Source: an uncultured Planctomycetaceae bacterium
GTDB taxonomy: Bacteria > Planctomycetota > Planctomycetia > Planctomycetales > Planctomycetaceae
DNA: 64,000 nucleotides
Assembly (NCBI GenBank): GCA_963813715.1
Contig: CAWFAK010000017.1
Location: forward strand, 160,001 to 224,000
Direction: 5' to 3'
The notes under the pieces are model-generated. The model was not told the DNA's origin, did no database searches, and saw nothing but the letters and a program-made list of their open reading frames with translations. Both the position numbers and the translations under genes were made by a program. Every line of letters begins with the position of its first letter. Position 1 is the stretch's first letter. Shown one piece after another: positions 33,236-43,687 of the stretch.

Positions 33236-35870
33236 ATGCGCCCTGCCTCGAAGTTTTTGCCCGTCGCCGTTGCGATCGGTCTGGCCGCCGTGGTTGCCCT
33301 CGCACAGCCGCCAGCCGAGCCGCGTGACGGCGGCCCGAAGGCATCGCCCGGTGCAGCTCCGGAAAAAGCAGCCCCGGACAAGGCGGCGGTCGACGCGCTG
33401 GTCGCTCGCATGATGGTGTTCGACAAGAACAAGGATGGCAAACTGACCCGCGACGAAATCGCCGACCCGCGGATGCAGCGGGCGTTCGACCGCGCGGACG
33501 CGAACCACGACGGAGTCGTCACGAAAGACGAGCTCACTGCGTGGGCGACAAAGGAGGCGGCGCAAGACGGCGGTCGTGACGGACAAGGTATGGGGCCTCC
33601 GGACGGCGGGCCCGGTGGGCCAGGTCCCGGTGGCTTTGGTGGGCCGGGTGGCCCCGGACGTCGCCGTGGTCCCGGCGGACGCGGTTTTGGCGGCTTCGGC
33701 GCGCGGACCAAGCCCGGCCAGCTGATGTCGCCGACGCTGATGGACACGCTCAAGCTGACCGATGAACAAAAGAAGCAAACCGCCGAACTGCAAAAGCACG
33801 TCGACGACGAGCTCGGCACAATCCTCACCGCGAAACAGAAGCAGCGACTCAAAGATCTGCAGTCGGGCGGTGGCGGCCCGGGCGGATTTGGCCCAGGCGG
33901 CCCCGGTGGATTTGGACAGGGTGGCCCGGGTGGTTTTGGACCGGGGCGTCGCGGTCGCGGCGGATCGGGTGGGCCTCCTGATGGTGGCCCCGGGAACGGC
34001 GGGCCGCCGGGCGATGGTCCGCCGGATCGCAGCCGGGGTGGTCAGGCTGGACCGGGAGGCCAGAATTCCGCACGCGATCGCGGCCCCGGCGGACCTCCGC
34101 CCGATGGAGGCGGCCCGCCGAACGATGATCGTCCTAACGCTGACCGCCGCGGCCCCGATGGACCTCCGGGTGATCGAGGCGATCGCGGCGCTGACCGTGG
34201 CCCCGGCGGACAACGGCCCGATGGTCCTCCTGGATTCGGTGGGCCGGGCGGCCCCGGTGGTCCGGGAGGTGGCTTCGGACGCGGGGGTGGATTCGGCGGC
34301 CCGGGTGGATTTGGTGTTGGCGGCGGTCCGCTCGGCCAAATTTTTTCGCCCACGGTCGTCGACGAATTGAACCTCAAGAGCGCAGCGAAAGCGGCTCGGC
34401 ACGCTGCAAAAAGAAGTCGACGGCAAACTTGCCCTCCTGCTCACCGATCACCAAAAGCAGCAGTTCAAGGAGATGACCCAGCGGAACGGTGGTCCTAATG
34501 GCGGCCGCCGCGGCGGACCCGGCTTCGGTGGTCCTGGGGGCGACGGGCCTCCCGAACGCGGGCCGGGACAGCCCGTGGTTGGCGCTCGTGACACCAATGG
34601 CGCGGGCGGCCCGCCGGCCGGCGAGCACTTGGCCTCGATCGGCCGTGCCGACGCTCAGCCCTCGGGCGCATTGGAAAACTGGCCGCAGTGGCGCGGCCCC
34701 GATTACGACGGCATCAGCCACGAAACGAATCTGCCGACAACGTGGAGCGAATCGTCGAACGTTGTTTGGAAGCTCGAGATGCCCGGCATGGGCGGCTCGA
34801 CGCCCGCCGTCTGGGACAAGCACATCTTTCTGACCAGTCAGGACGGCGACAATCTGGTCGTCGTCGCTGCCAGCACCGACGGCAAGCTGCTGTGGAAAAG
34901 GCCCATCGGCGCGAACCGGCCGATTCGCGGCGACGAAGGCAACGGTGCTTCCCCCTCGCCCAGCACGGACGGCAAACACGTCTTCGTCTTTGTCGGCTCG
35001 GGGCAACTCGCCTGCTTCGATTTCGGCGGCAATGAAATCTGGAAATTCAACGCGCAGGATCGCTACGGCCGCTTCCAGACGCAGCACGGCATGCACACGA
35101 CGCCGCTTCTGTATCAGGACCGGCTCTACATGCAACTGATTCACTCGGGCGGCGCGTGGGTGATCGCCCTCGATCCGGCCACCGGCAAAGAGATTTGGAA
35201 AGTTGCCCGCAAGAGTGACGGCTATGCCGAAAACGAGCACTCATACGCCTCGCCCTGCCTCTGGCATCGTGGGGCCGACGCTTACCTGATCACGCACGGC
35301 AACGACTATGCGATCGCTCACCGCCTGACCGACGGTTCCGAAATCTGGCGCGTCGGCGAATTGAATCCCAAAGACAACTATCGCCCCGACCTGCGTTTCG
35401 TCGCCTCCCCCGTCGCCAGCGCCGACCTGATCGTTGTCCCTACCGCCAAGAGCGGTGTCGTGGTCGGCGTACGGCCGGATGCCGCGGGAATCATCACGCC
35501 CGGCAACAGCGGCGAATTGTGGCGGATCGATCGCAACAGCCCGGACGTTCCCTCGCCGCTCATCGTCAACGGCCTGGTTTATTTGTGCCGCGAAACCGGC
35601 GTGCTGATGTGTGTCGACGGAAAGAACGGCAAGGTGCTTTACTCGCAGCGGACGCACACCGAACGGCACCGCGCCTCGCCCGTCTACGCCGACGGCAAGA
35701 TCTATCTCACCGCCCGCGACGGGACCGTGACCGTCATCAAGCCGGGGCCGACCTACACCGTGCTGGCGACCAACCGGTTGGAGGATCACTTCACCGCGTC
35801 CCCGGCGATCTCCCACGGGCGAATTTATTTCCGCGGCTTCGACACGCTCTACGCCATCGGAGCGAAGTAG
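33236..35870 (+). CDS. Exported EF-hand / Gly-Pro-rich / LTxxQ / PQQ-like beta-propeller protein (frameshift near 34380)
   Basis: DKNKDGKLTRDE and DANHDGVVTKDE EF-hands; GPGG repeats; second frame continues QRKRLGTLQKEVD..LTDHQK into NWPQWRGP propeller. Confidence 0.85.
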
Positions 35871-35908
35871 ACGCGACGCAGTCAGTGCGAAGCGATCAGG
35901 AGGAATCC

Positions 35909-36993
35909 ATGAACGAGCAACAAAGTCCGAAATCGTCGGGCAGCACGCGTTACCCCGCGCGAAGCCGCTCCCCATGTTCGCCACGGCCGTGTTGATCGCT
36001 GCGGCACTCTATGGAGCGACGCTGCTGCCGCCCACACCTGCCACGGCCGTTGTCGAGGACGAGTCGGCGCCGCACGCAGTGGCGGCCGCCAAAGCGTTCA
36101 TCGAGTCGCTTGATGAAAAACAGCGCGAGCACGCCGTCTACCAGTTCGGCAGCCCCGACAAATCGCGCTGGTCGAATTTGCCGGTCCGCATGGTTCCGCG
36201 GAACGGAGTCCGGCTGGGCGATTTGAACAAAACGCAACGGGGCCTGGCCCTGGAGGCCGTCGCTTCCGTGCTCAGCAAAGAGGGCTATCAAAAAATTGTC
36301 GACATCATGGACGGCGATCAACGCCTGGCCGACGAAGAGGGGCGCGGCGGACCTGACGGGATGTTCGGATCCGACTTGTATTACCTCGCCTTTTTCGGCA
36401 AGCCCTCCCCGACCGAGCCGTGGATGCTGCAGTTCGGCGGCCATCACCTCGGGCTCAACGTGACCGTGATCGGCAAGCATTTCGTGCTCACACCGACGCA
36501 TACCGGCGCACAGCCGACGCTGTTCGAGCGCAACGGCAAACAAGTCCGGCCGCTCGGCGTAGAGAACGACGCGGCCTTCAAGTTGGTCAACGCTCTCGAC
36601 GAGAAGCAGAAGGCGCAAGCAATCATCGGCACGCGGGCTCGAGGCGAGTTGCTGCTTGGCCCGGGACGTGACGGCCGCAAAATCAGCCCGCAGGGAGTCA
36701 AAGGTTCCGCTCTCACCGACGACCAGCAGCGGCTACTACTCAACGTGATTGCCGCGTGGGTGAACATCGTCGACCCCGAGGCGGCCGCCGCCCGCATGAC
36801 GGAGATCCGGGGCAAGATCGGCGAAACGTACTTTGCGTGGAGCGGCCCGACGAAAGAGGGAAGCGCGGCCTACTTTCGCATTCAGGGTCCCGCCATTGTG
36901 ATCGAATACGCGCCCCAGCGGGGCACCGGCCACGTCCACACGGTGGTTCGTAATCCGAACGACGATTACGGAGTCGCGTTCTTGCCGCGTTAA
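35909..36993 (+). CDS. DUF3500 family protein (N-terminal frameshift possible)
   Basis: RWSNLP, YYLAFFGKPS, WMLQFGGHHL, YFAWSG, HVHTVVRNPNDDYG. Confidence 0.88.
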
Positions 36994-37073
36994 GACATCG
37001 GCAGCGACGAGTTGTTCGCCGAAGGTGTCAGCGCTGGTGCGTCTCGCATCCCATGCGTTGCCGCGGTCGGCCG

Positions 37074-37619
37074 TCAGACTTTTTTTCGCCGTCGATCGGT
37101 GGCGCGCACTGCCTTCCCGTCGGAAGCGTCGTGCACGCGGCTCCTTTGGCGGACAGACTGAAACGGCATCCCCGCCTTGAGTTCATAGCGCTCGGCACGC
37201 AGGAACCAGAAAGCGAGGCCCCCCGTGTTGTGGTAGCTGCCGGGCCGGTTCCGTCGACCGGAGATCTTGGCCCGAACGCCCAGCGACCCTTTGCGGCCCG
37301 TCCTCTGCCATCCGCGGCTCTCCATGATCATGCGAACCACGACTCCGACGACCTGCCGCAGGCGTTTTGTCCGTCGCGGATGCTTCGTCGCCAGGAACCG
37401 ATTGACGGGTTCGAGAGTTTCCAGCTCGCGCACGACCCCTGCGAGTGCCGGACGGTCGTGGTGGACTTCCGAGTCCTCCATGCGTTGCTGGCGGCGGCCA
37501 TCGTTGAAGAATTCGAGGACCTGGTCGAGCGGCTGCTCCGCGTCATCGAGCACGTCCGCGAATGTCCGGCCTTGCCGGTCCTCCTGAAAATCTTTGCGCG
37601 TGATGCGAGTCACTGGCAT
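37074..37619 (-). CDS. Hypothetical basic protein, paralog A
   Basis: MPVTRITRKDF...HHDRPALAGVVRELE...RTGRKGSLGVR...FWFLRAERY; strongly conserved with paralog B. Confidence 0.85.
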   Translation of the reverse strand: MPVTRITRKDFQEDRQGRTFADVLDDAEQPLDQVLEFFNDGRRQQRMEDSEVHHDRPALAGVVRELETLEPVNRFLATKHPRRTKRLRQVVGVVVRMIMESRGWQRTGRKGSLGVRAKISGRRNRPGSYHNTGGLAFWFLRAERYELKAGMPFQSVRQRSRVHDASDGKAVRATDRRRKKV

Positions 37620-37909
37620 CGCCTCTCGTTGGCGTCCCTCGACGCTGGCGGACATTTCGTATCGAGTGATCTGCAATTACAAACTTTGCACTTGCAACGT
37701 CATAACCGACATGTGATCGGAGAGCAAGGGGGAAAAGACGCTCAACGCTTCGCTCGAAGATCGGCGCCGCGAGCGATCAACTAACTTGAGTGCCGCTTGT
37801 CCCGGAGATGGCGGGGCCGCTCAGTCCCATGCATCCCGGTCGACGCGACAAGTTGAGCAGCAGAAAATCGAACATGGTCCGGCGGCGGGCTCGGCTCGTC
37901 TGAGTGCCA

Positions 37910-38164
37910 TTAGACACCAATGAGCCGCTTGTAGGTGACCAGGCACAGGCTCGCGCCGGCCAGGGCAAACACCAGCGCGAAGAAGCTCAACGACGCGCTC
38001 GATCCGTGACCAAACATTTGGGCGATAAACCCGCCGGCGATGGCGCCGGCCACGCCGACCCCGAGGGTCAGCAGCACCAATCCCTTTTCAGCGCCCGAAA
38101 TGAGATAGCTCATGATGTAACCGCAGACGACCCCACACGTAATCCAAGCCACGATTCCCGCCAT
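37910..38164 (-). CDS. GlsB/YeaQ/YmgE family stress membrane protein
   Basis: GIVAWI..G..GY, LGVGVAGAIAGGFI, ALAGA. Confidence 0.82.
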   Translation of the reverse strand: MAGIVAWITCGVVCGYIMSYLISGAEKGLVLLTLGVGVAGAIAGGFIAQMFGHGSSASLSFFALVFALAGASLCLVTYKRLIGV

Positions 38165-38531
38165 TGTCGTTTTGCTCTCTAGTGCCGCGCAGGCACATTC
38201 AGTTGCGCGAGACTGTTCGGTCAATCGAAGTGCGTATTTCCTGCATCGCCCTCGCTCAGGCGTCAGGTCAACGCATGCGAGACACCAACCAGAAGCGTGA
38301 ACGAGGACGACGGCGGATCGATCGCATCGAATTCAGCGAAGGTCTCAGTTCGATTTGCGACTGTCGTTGACGGGGCGCCTCGCCTGGCGGCCGCGCTCAA
38401 TCCGCAAAGCCACGCAAGGCCGCGTTCCAGATTGCTCGGAACGGTGCTGTCAGCAGGCGATACGTGAGATAGCCGCAAGCCTCAATCCAGCTCCACATTT
38501 TTTGACTTTCGGCGGTCCCAGCCCGGCGCCG

Positions 38532-38789
38532 CTAGGCGGGGCCGCGCATCAGCCGCACATCGGGAATCGCCATCAACATTTTGATGAATGACGCGGGTGA
38601 CAACGGCGGATTGTAGGGAACGAGGAAATGGCAAAGAGACGACCCGTCATCCTCTGTCATCGGATCGAAGGTCTTGAACACGAAGGCCTGGCTGAGGCAA
38701 GTCAGCAGCCTTTTCGCGTTGTCCTTGCCATCGACGCGGACATGGCAGAAATCGCCTTCGGAACTAATCCAGACCCGAAAAGGCGTCAT
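38532..38789 (-). CDS. Hypothetical ~85-aa protein or domain, possibly fused to paralog B
   Basis: MTPFRVWISSEGDFCHVRVDG...; in frame with the post-frameshift tail of paralog B. Confidence 0.6.
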   Translation of the reverse strand: MTPFRVWISSEGDFCHVRVDGKDNAKRLLTCLSQAFVFKTFDPMTEDDGSSLCHFLVPYNPPLSPASFIKMLMAIPDVRLMRGPA

Positions 38790-39408
38790 TGAATGCCTTT
38801 TTTTGCGCAAGGAGCCCGCGTCATCCCGACTCGAGGTTTCGCCGTTGCGGTGCTCTTTCTTGCTGCGACGCTTGATGGCCGGCGCTTGGTCCTCTTTACG
38901 GTCCGCATCGTGCGTGCGTCGCCGCTGCCGCACCGAGCGATAGGGCATGCCGGCCTCGCGCTCGATAGCGCTCGGCCCTTAGGAACCAAAAGGCCAGCCC
39001 GCCCGTATTGTGGTACGTGCCAGGTCGGGTCGTGCGCCCGGAAACGGTGGCACGCACTCCCAGCGACCCTTTGCGTCCCGTCTTGCGCCATCCCCGCCGT
39101 TCCATGATCATTCGCACGACGACGCCGACAACCTGTCGAAGACGTTTGGTGCGTCGAGGATGCTGCTTGCCGAGGAACTGATCCAGGGGCTTGAGCGATT
39201 CGAGCTCGCGGACGACGCCCGCCAAGGCGGGGCGATCGTGATGGATTTCCGACTCCTCCATGCGCCGCTGATGCTCCGCGTCGTTAAAGAATTCGAGGAC
39301 GAGATCCAAGGGCTGTTCCGGGTCGTTGAGCACGTCCGCGAAGGTGCGACCCTGCCGATCCTCAAGAAAGTCTTTGCGCGTGAACCGAATCTCGGGCATC
39401 GTCTGCAC
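38790..39408 (-). CDS. Hypothetical basic protein, paralog B (frameshift near 38960, end uncertain)
   Basis: Collinear with paralog A; tail GMPYRSVRQR continues in ORF 38532-38948. Confidence 0.8.
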
Positions 39409-39726
39409 TCCTCAATTCATCCGGTCTAGCATGGAAATCCCAAAATTGCTCGTACGAATCTTGCACATACAATTATTGTATCTTCAATCGGCAGTTTCTG
39501 CAAGACAATTCAGTGTTTCTCTCAGGCAAGTCCGCGCAGCGAGCGCCGACTCGCCTTTGTTTTCACTGCCTTGAGTGCTATAGTTCGAAGAGTGATTTCC
39601 ACTCTGTGTTGCCCCTTGGATCGCGCTCAGGCCGAATCGGTCTTCTGAAACGCAGGGGGTCTTTTGAAACGCAGGGCGCGTTTCTTGCATCTGGTCCTGC
39701 GACCCTCTCTTTCTGCGGGACTGCGA

Positions 39727-39909
39727 ATGACCTTTCACGAGCTGGGGCTTTCCGATCCTCTGCTTCGCGCCATCGCCGCCGAAGATCATGTTCTCCCCAC
39801 ACCCGCCGAACGGACTGCGGATCGCGTGGTGAGGGAATTGCCAAAGCGGCAATGCATGGGCAGCGCAGGGACGACAACAGAGGGCGATCCGCCGAGCGAA
39901 CGACCTTAA
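39727..39909 (+). pseudogene. Truncated DEAD-box RNA helicase N-terminus (Q-motif remnant)
   Basis: MTFHELGLSDPLLRAIAAEDHVLPTP resembles F..LGL...LLRAI...GY..PTPIQ; no Walker A or DEAD follows. Confidence 0.7.
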
Positions 39910-40165
39910 CCGAAAGTCAGGTGACTTATTGCCAGACAAAGAAACACGGTCGCAAAACGCCAGCGCGAAAATGACAAACGTCGCAAGGCCGAAGATAAGC
40001 GTGCCAAGCGCGCGGCCAGAAAAGAGCCATCCCTGAACGAGCCTCCCGCAACGGGCGTTCCGGAACTGCCGTCGCGAGACGATTCGACGCGGATTGCGTG
40101 AGAGTCCGGCTTGCTTCAAAACTCGCTTACACCGGAGAGCACCCATTCGCTCTTCCATCGATTTC

Positions 40166-40585
40166 ATGCAGATTTTCGTCGGTCTCAAAGAACACGAGCT
40201 GACCACGACGGCCGTCGAGATGTGGAGCGAAGTCTTCACCGCCTGGGCTGGCCTGCACGGTCGAACCGACGACGATTCGGCCCAGCAGCTGGTCGAATAC
40301 GAAGAATTCCTCCGCGCATCGATCTGGCACCTGAAACAAGTCAGAGCCGAGCCGCGCGGCGACTTGGCGGCGGCGCGAGAAGGGAAACGCGCCGAAGCAA
40401 TCTTGACCGGCATCTTCAAGCACGTCGCGCACTCGGTCGTACTCGCGGAGCGCAAGATTGCTGACGGCAAAATGCCGCGCGGCAAGGATTCGGCCGTGCT
40501 CGGCCGCGATAAATTGGTGCGGTTGCTCGACGATGACGTGTCGTTGCTCGATGAGGCGATTGCACGCGAACACGCGGCCCCATGA
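40166..40585 (+). CDS. Hypothetical helical protein
   Basis: 139-aa ORF with host-like codon usage; no motif recognised. Confidence 0.6.
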   Translation: MQIFVGLKEHELTTTAVEMWSEVFTAWAGLHGRTDDDSAQQLVEYEEFLRASIWHLKQVRAEPRGDLAAAREGKRAEAILTGIFKHVAHSVVLAERKIADGKMPRGKDSAVLGRDKLVRLLDDDVSLLDEAIAREHAAP

Positions 40586-40772
40586 TCGGCGCCGGAAGCG
40601 CGATCGAAGAGGCATTTGACCGGCTCACCCAAGAGCATTTCGTGTAAGCTGTCTTTGTCTGGCGATGGGCGCCATTCTCCCCGCGTCCCCGCCGATGCTT
40701 CGCGACCACGCTCCCCCTTCGCAGGGCGCGGCAAGCCGAGCAGCAAAGGGACCCGACTTGTTTGATCGTGAC

Positions 40773-43065
40773 ATGTTGGGCCACAGCCTCGTTCTGTGGC
40801 GTTGTCTCGTTCTGGCTAGCTTTTCTGCGGTGCTTGGGACCGGACGCGCCGTTGCCGACGGCCCCAGTGTCGATTTGGCCGGACTGCCGCCGCGAACGTT
40901 GATCGCCGCGCCGCCGGATCGGGCCGTGCCGCAATGGATCAAAACCAATCTGCGGATCGGCCATCTGCCCGGCTACAGCGAACGCATGGTGCGGGAGTTT
41001 CTCAAGGCGGGCTACAACGTCGTGACGGTCAACTGCCTGGACGCGTGGCATTGCGTCGGTCCCGGGGCGGCGTGGTACTCGGCCGAACGCGTCAAACGGT
41101 CCGATGAATATCTTGCGACGCGTGGTCGATACGATTCACGCGGCGGGCGCCAAGAGCGTGCTCTACATCGGTCCCGTGCAGGTCCCCTGGCTGAGCCCGG
41201 AGCTGCGCGTGGCTCATCCGGAGTGGTTGCGAGTAAAGCCGGACGGATCGCGCGATCCGAACTTCGGCAACATCCGCAGCGGGTACGGAGATTGGCTCTG
41301 CGATCAGTTGGCCTACGTGGCCCGCACGTATCACGCCGACGGCTTTTGGTTCGACGGTTACGCGCCCGACCACTTGCATAGTTACGACGCAGCGACCGAG
41401 CGCCAGTTCGCCGCGCTCTCGGGCGGCAAGGCGATTCCGAAAGCGTTTGATCCGGTGCACGACCCGGTTGCTCGGCAGTACCTGGCGTGGCACCAGCAAT
41501 ATTTCGTCGACTTCGCCGATCGCATGCGCAGCGCGATTCGCAAAGAGAAAGCGGACGCCGCGATCTGGGCCAACTACTCGGCCAATCGCACCTGGTATTA
41601 CCCGCAGATGTACATGGGCGAGTACCCCGCCGCTTTTTGTCGCGCCGTCGACGTGTGCTCGGTCGAGCTTTACTGGGACGTTCCCGGCGACGCCCTCTAT
41701 CAGCAGTTCTGTTACGCGTTTCTACAGGGAGTGACCGGTCGCCACGGCGGCTCGGTTTGGATTCAACCCTCGGCGCACGGTGTTTCAGGCGTCGCGTCAC
41801 CGATCGAAATTCAGCTCCGCGGCCTCGAGGGCACGCCGTGGGGGATCGCGGCCGAGTTCGTGGAGTCGGCCGGACGCGAAGAGTACTTCAAACTGCACGT
41901 TGCCAACGTCAAAGCCCGCGAGGAATGGTGGCGTCAATCGGAGCCGGTGCCGTATGTGGGCATCGTCGCGTCGGAACAAACGCGAAACCTGTACGCGCAG
42001 GCCGCGTTGCCAGTCTACTTTTCCCATACGCTGGGCGCCTTCCGTGCCCTGTTTGAAAAGCATTGGCCGATCCGCGTGATGACCGAATACGACCTCGAGG
42101 ATGGCGATCTCCACGGCGTCCGCGTGCTCGTGCTGCCGAACGTCGCATGCCTCTCAGATCGGGCCGCGGAGGTTGTCCGGCGCTTCGTGCAGAACGGCGG
42201 CGGCCTGGTCGCCAGCTTTGAGACCTCACTGTACGACCAGGATTTCAAACGCCGGCCCACTTTTGCCTTAGCAGACGTCTTTCACGCGCGGTACCTGAAG
42301 ACTCATCAAGTTCAGCTGCGGAGCGAGAACCTGTCGCTGACGATTGACCGCGCCCACGAAATCGTGATCGACCCGCTCATTCGCCAAAAGCAGGCGACGG
42401 CCTGGTTGGGCGGCCTCGACGAGCTTCCCGCGAACGGCTCGCTGGCCTTGATCGCCAGCGCGGTCGAAGTCAAACCGGAGAGCGGTGGGACAGTGTTGAT
42501 GAGCTATCGCTTGAGCGAAGCGGAGAAGAACACCGGGCGGTATCCGGCCGTGATCACGTCGAGCTTCGGGAAAGGCCGCGTGGTCTATCTTCCCGCGGGA
42601 ATCGACAAGGCGATGTTTTTCTACCCCGACACCTACATGCGACAGCTCATCGCGAACGCGTGCCGCTGGGCCGCCGGCGATGAACCGCCGCCCGTCGAAG
42701 TCGAGGGACCTTTAATTCTCTCCGCCACCTTCCGTAGTCAGCCGCAGCAGGGCAGGACCGTCGTGCACCTGCTCAACGACCACAGCTCGTACGGCCGCCA
42801 TTCGATTTATCAAAAGCTCGCCCCGCTCCCCGCGGAGCTGCAAAAATCGTGGGGCTTTCCGAACCAGTCGGAGCTCCGCGGCACCTGGCCCGTCCGCGAA
42901 GAAGTGATTCCTCTGCACGACATCAAAGTCCGCTGTCGCCTGCCGCACATCACCAAGGCGACCCAGCAGCCTGAAGGCAAACCTTTGCCGATCACCCACA
43001 CGAGCGACGGGATCGAAGTCACTGTCCCCAAGGTGGAGATGCACTCGATGGTCATCTTCGAGTGA
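40773..43065 (+). CDS. Exported glycoside hydrolase-like protein with beta-galactosidase trimerisation-type domain (frameshift near 41110)
   Basis: Signal peptide; HPEW, DGFWFDG, VLVLPNVACLSD, FVQNGGGLVAS, FGKGRVVY. Confidence 0.8.
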
Positions 43066-43687
43066 CTTGGGCTGTGCGTTCTATCACGTTGGGCGGCATC
43101 GGCCCCACAGCATGGGGTTCAGGAACTTGGACGTCATCCCCTCGCTGAGCCACGGGGCAGCAGAGAATTGAGATTTCCGCAACGAAGCGCCCAGCCTTTG
43201 GTCCCGATGCACGAGTAAAAGTCCGCGTAAATTACCCAAGTTCGGGCGGTTTGGTTTGATTTATGCTAGGGTACTGGCCAAGTTTATAGATCTGGTGGCA
43301 TTCCGAAGTCGATTTTCGACAGGGCCAAGATAATGTACGGGACATGGGCAGACCGGCGGGCTTGGTGCGCTCCCAACCTCGTGCGCACTGTTCACCGCGG
43401 CGAGCGGAAGAGCTTCGTCGCCGACCGCAGCGACGGTTCCAATTTCCGCCAACCACAGTTCCGCCGCGGATGAGCGTGATAACCGCCGTGCCCTCATCGA
43501 CGTTGCCGTCCCGCGGCCAATGAGAACGGGCTTCGCAGTTCGTTTTTGTTCCCCCCCCGGCGAGGGGCTCACTGGAATGACGAGGCCGCAGTTCCAGGCG
43601 CTGTCGGCTCCTCCTTCAATGGCATCTTGCGGACATTCCAACGAGCAGGCTTAGCCCCCCTTCACTGAAATCTCTAACAGGCAACCA

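Noticed and set aside
38191..38207. Sigma54-like GGCAC..TTGC near the GlsB-family gene
   Set aside because: Spacing is one base too long and it faces away from the gene
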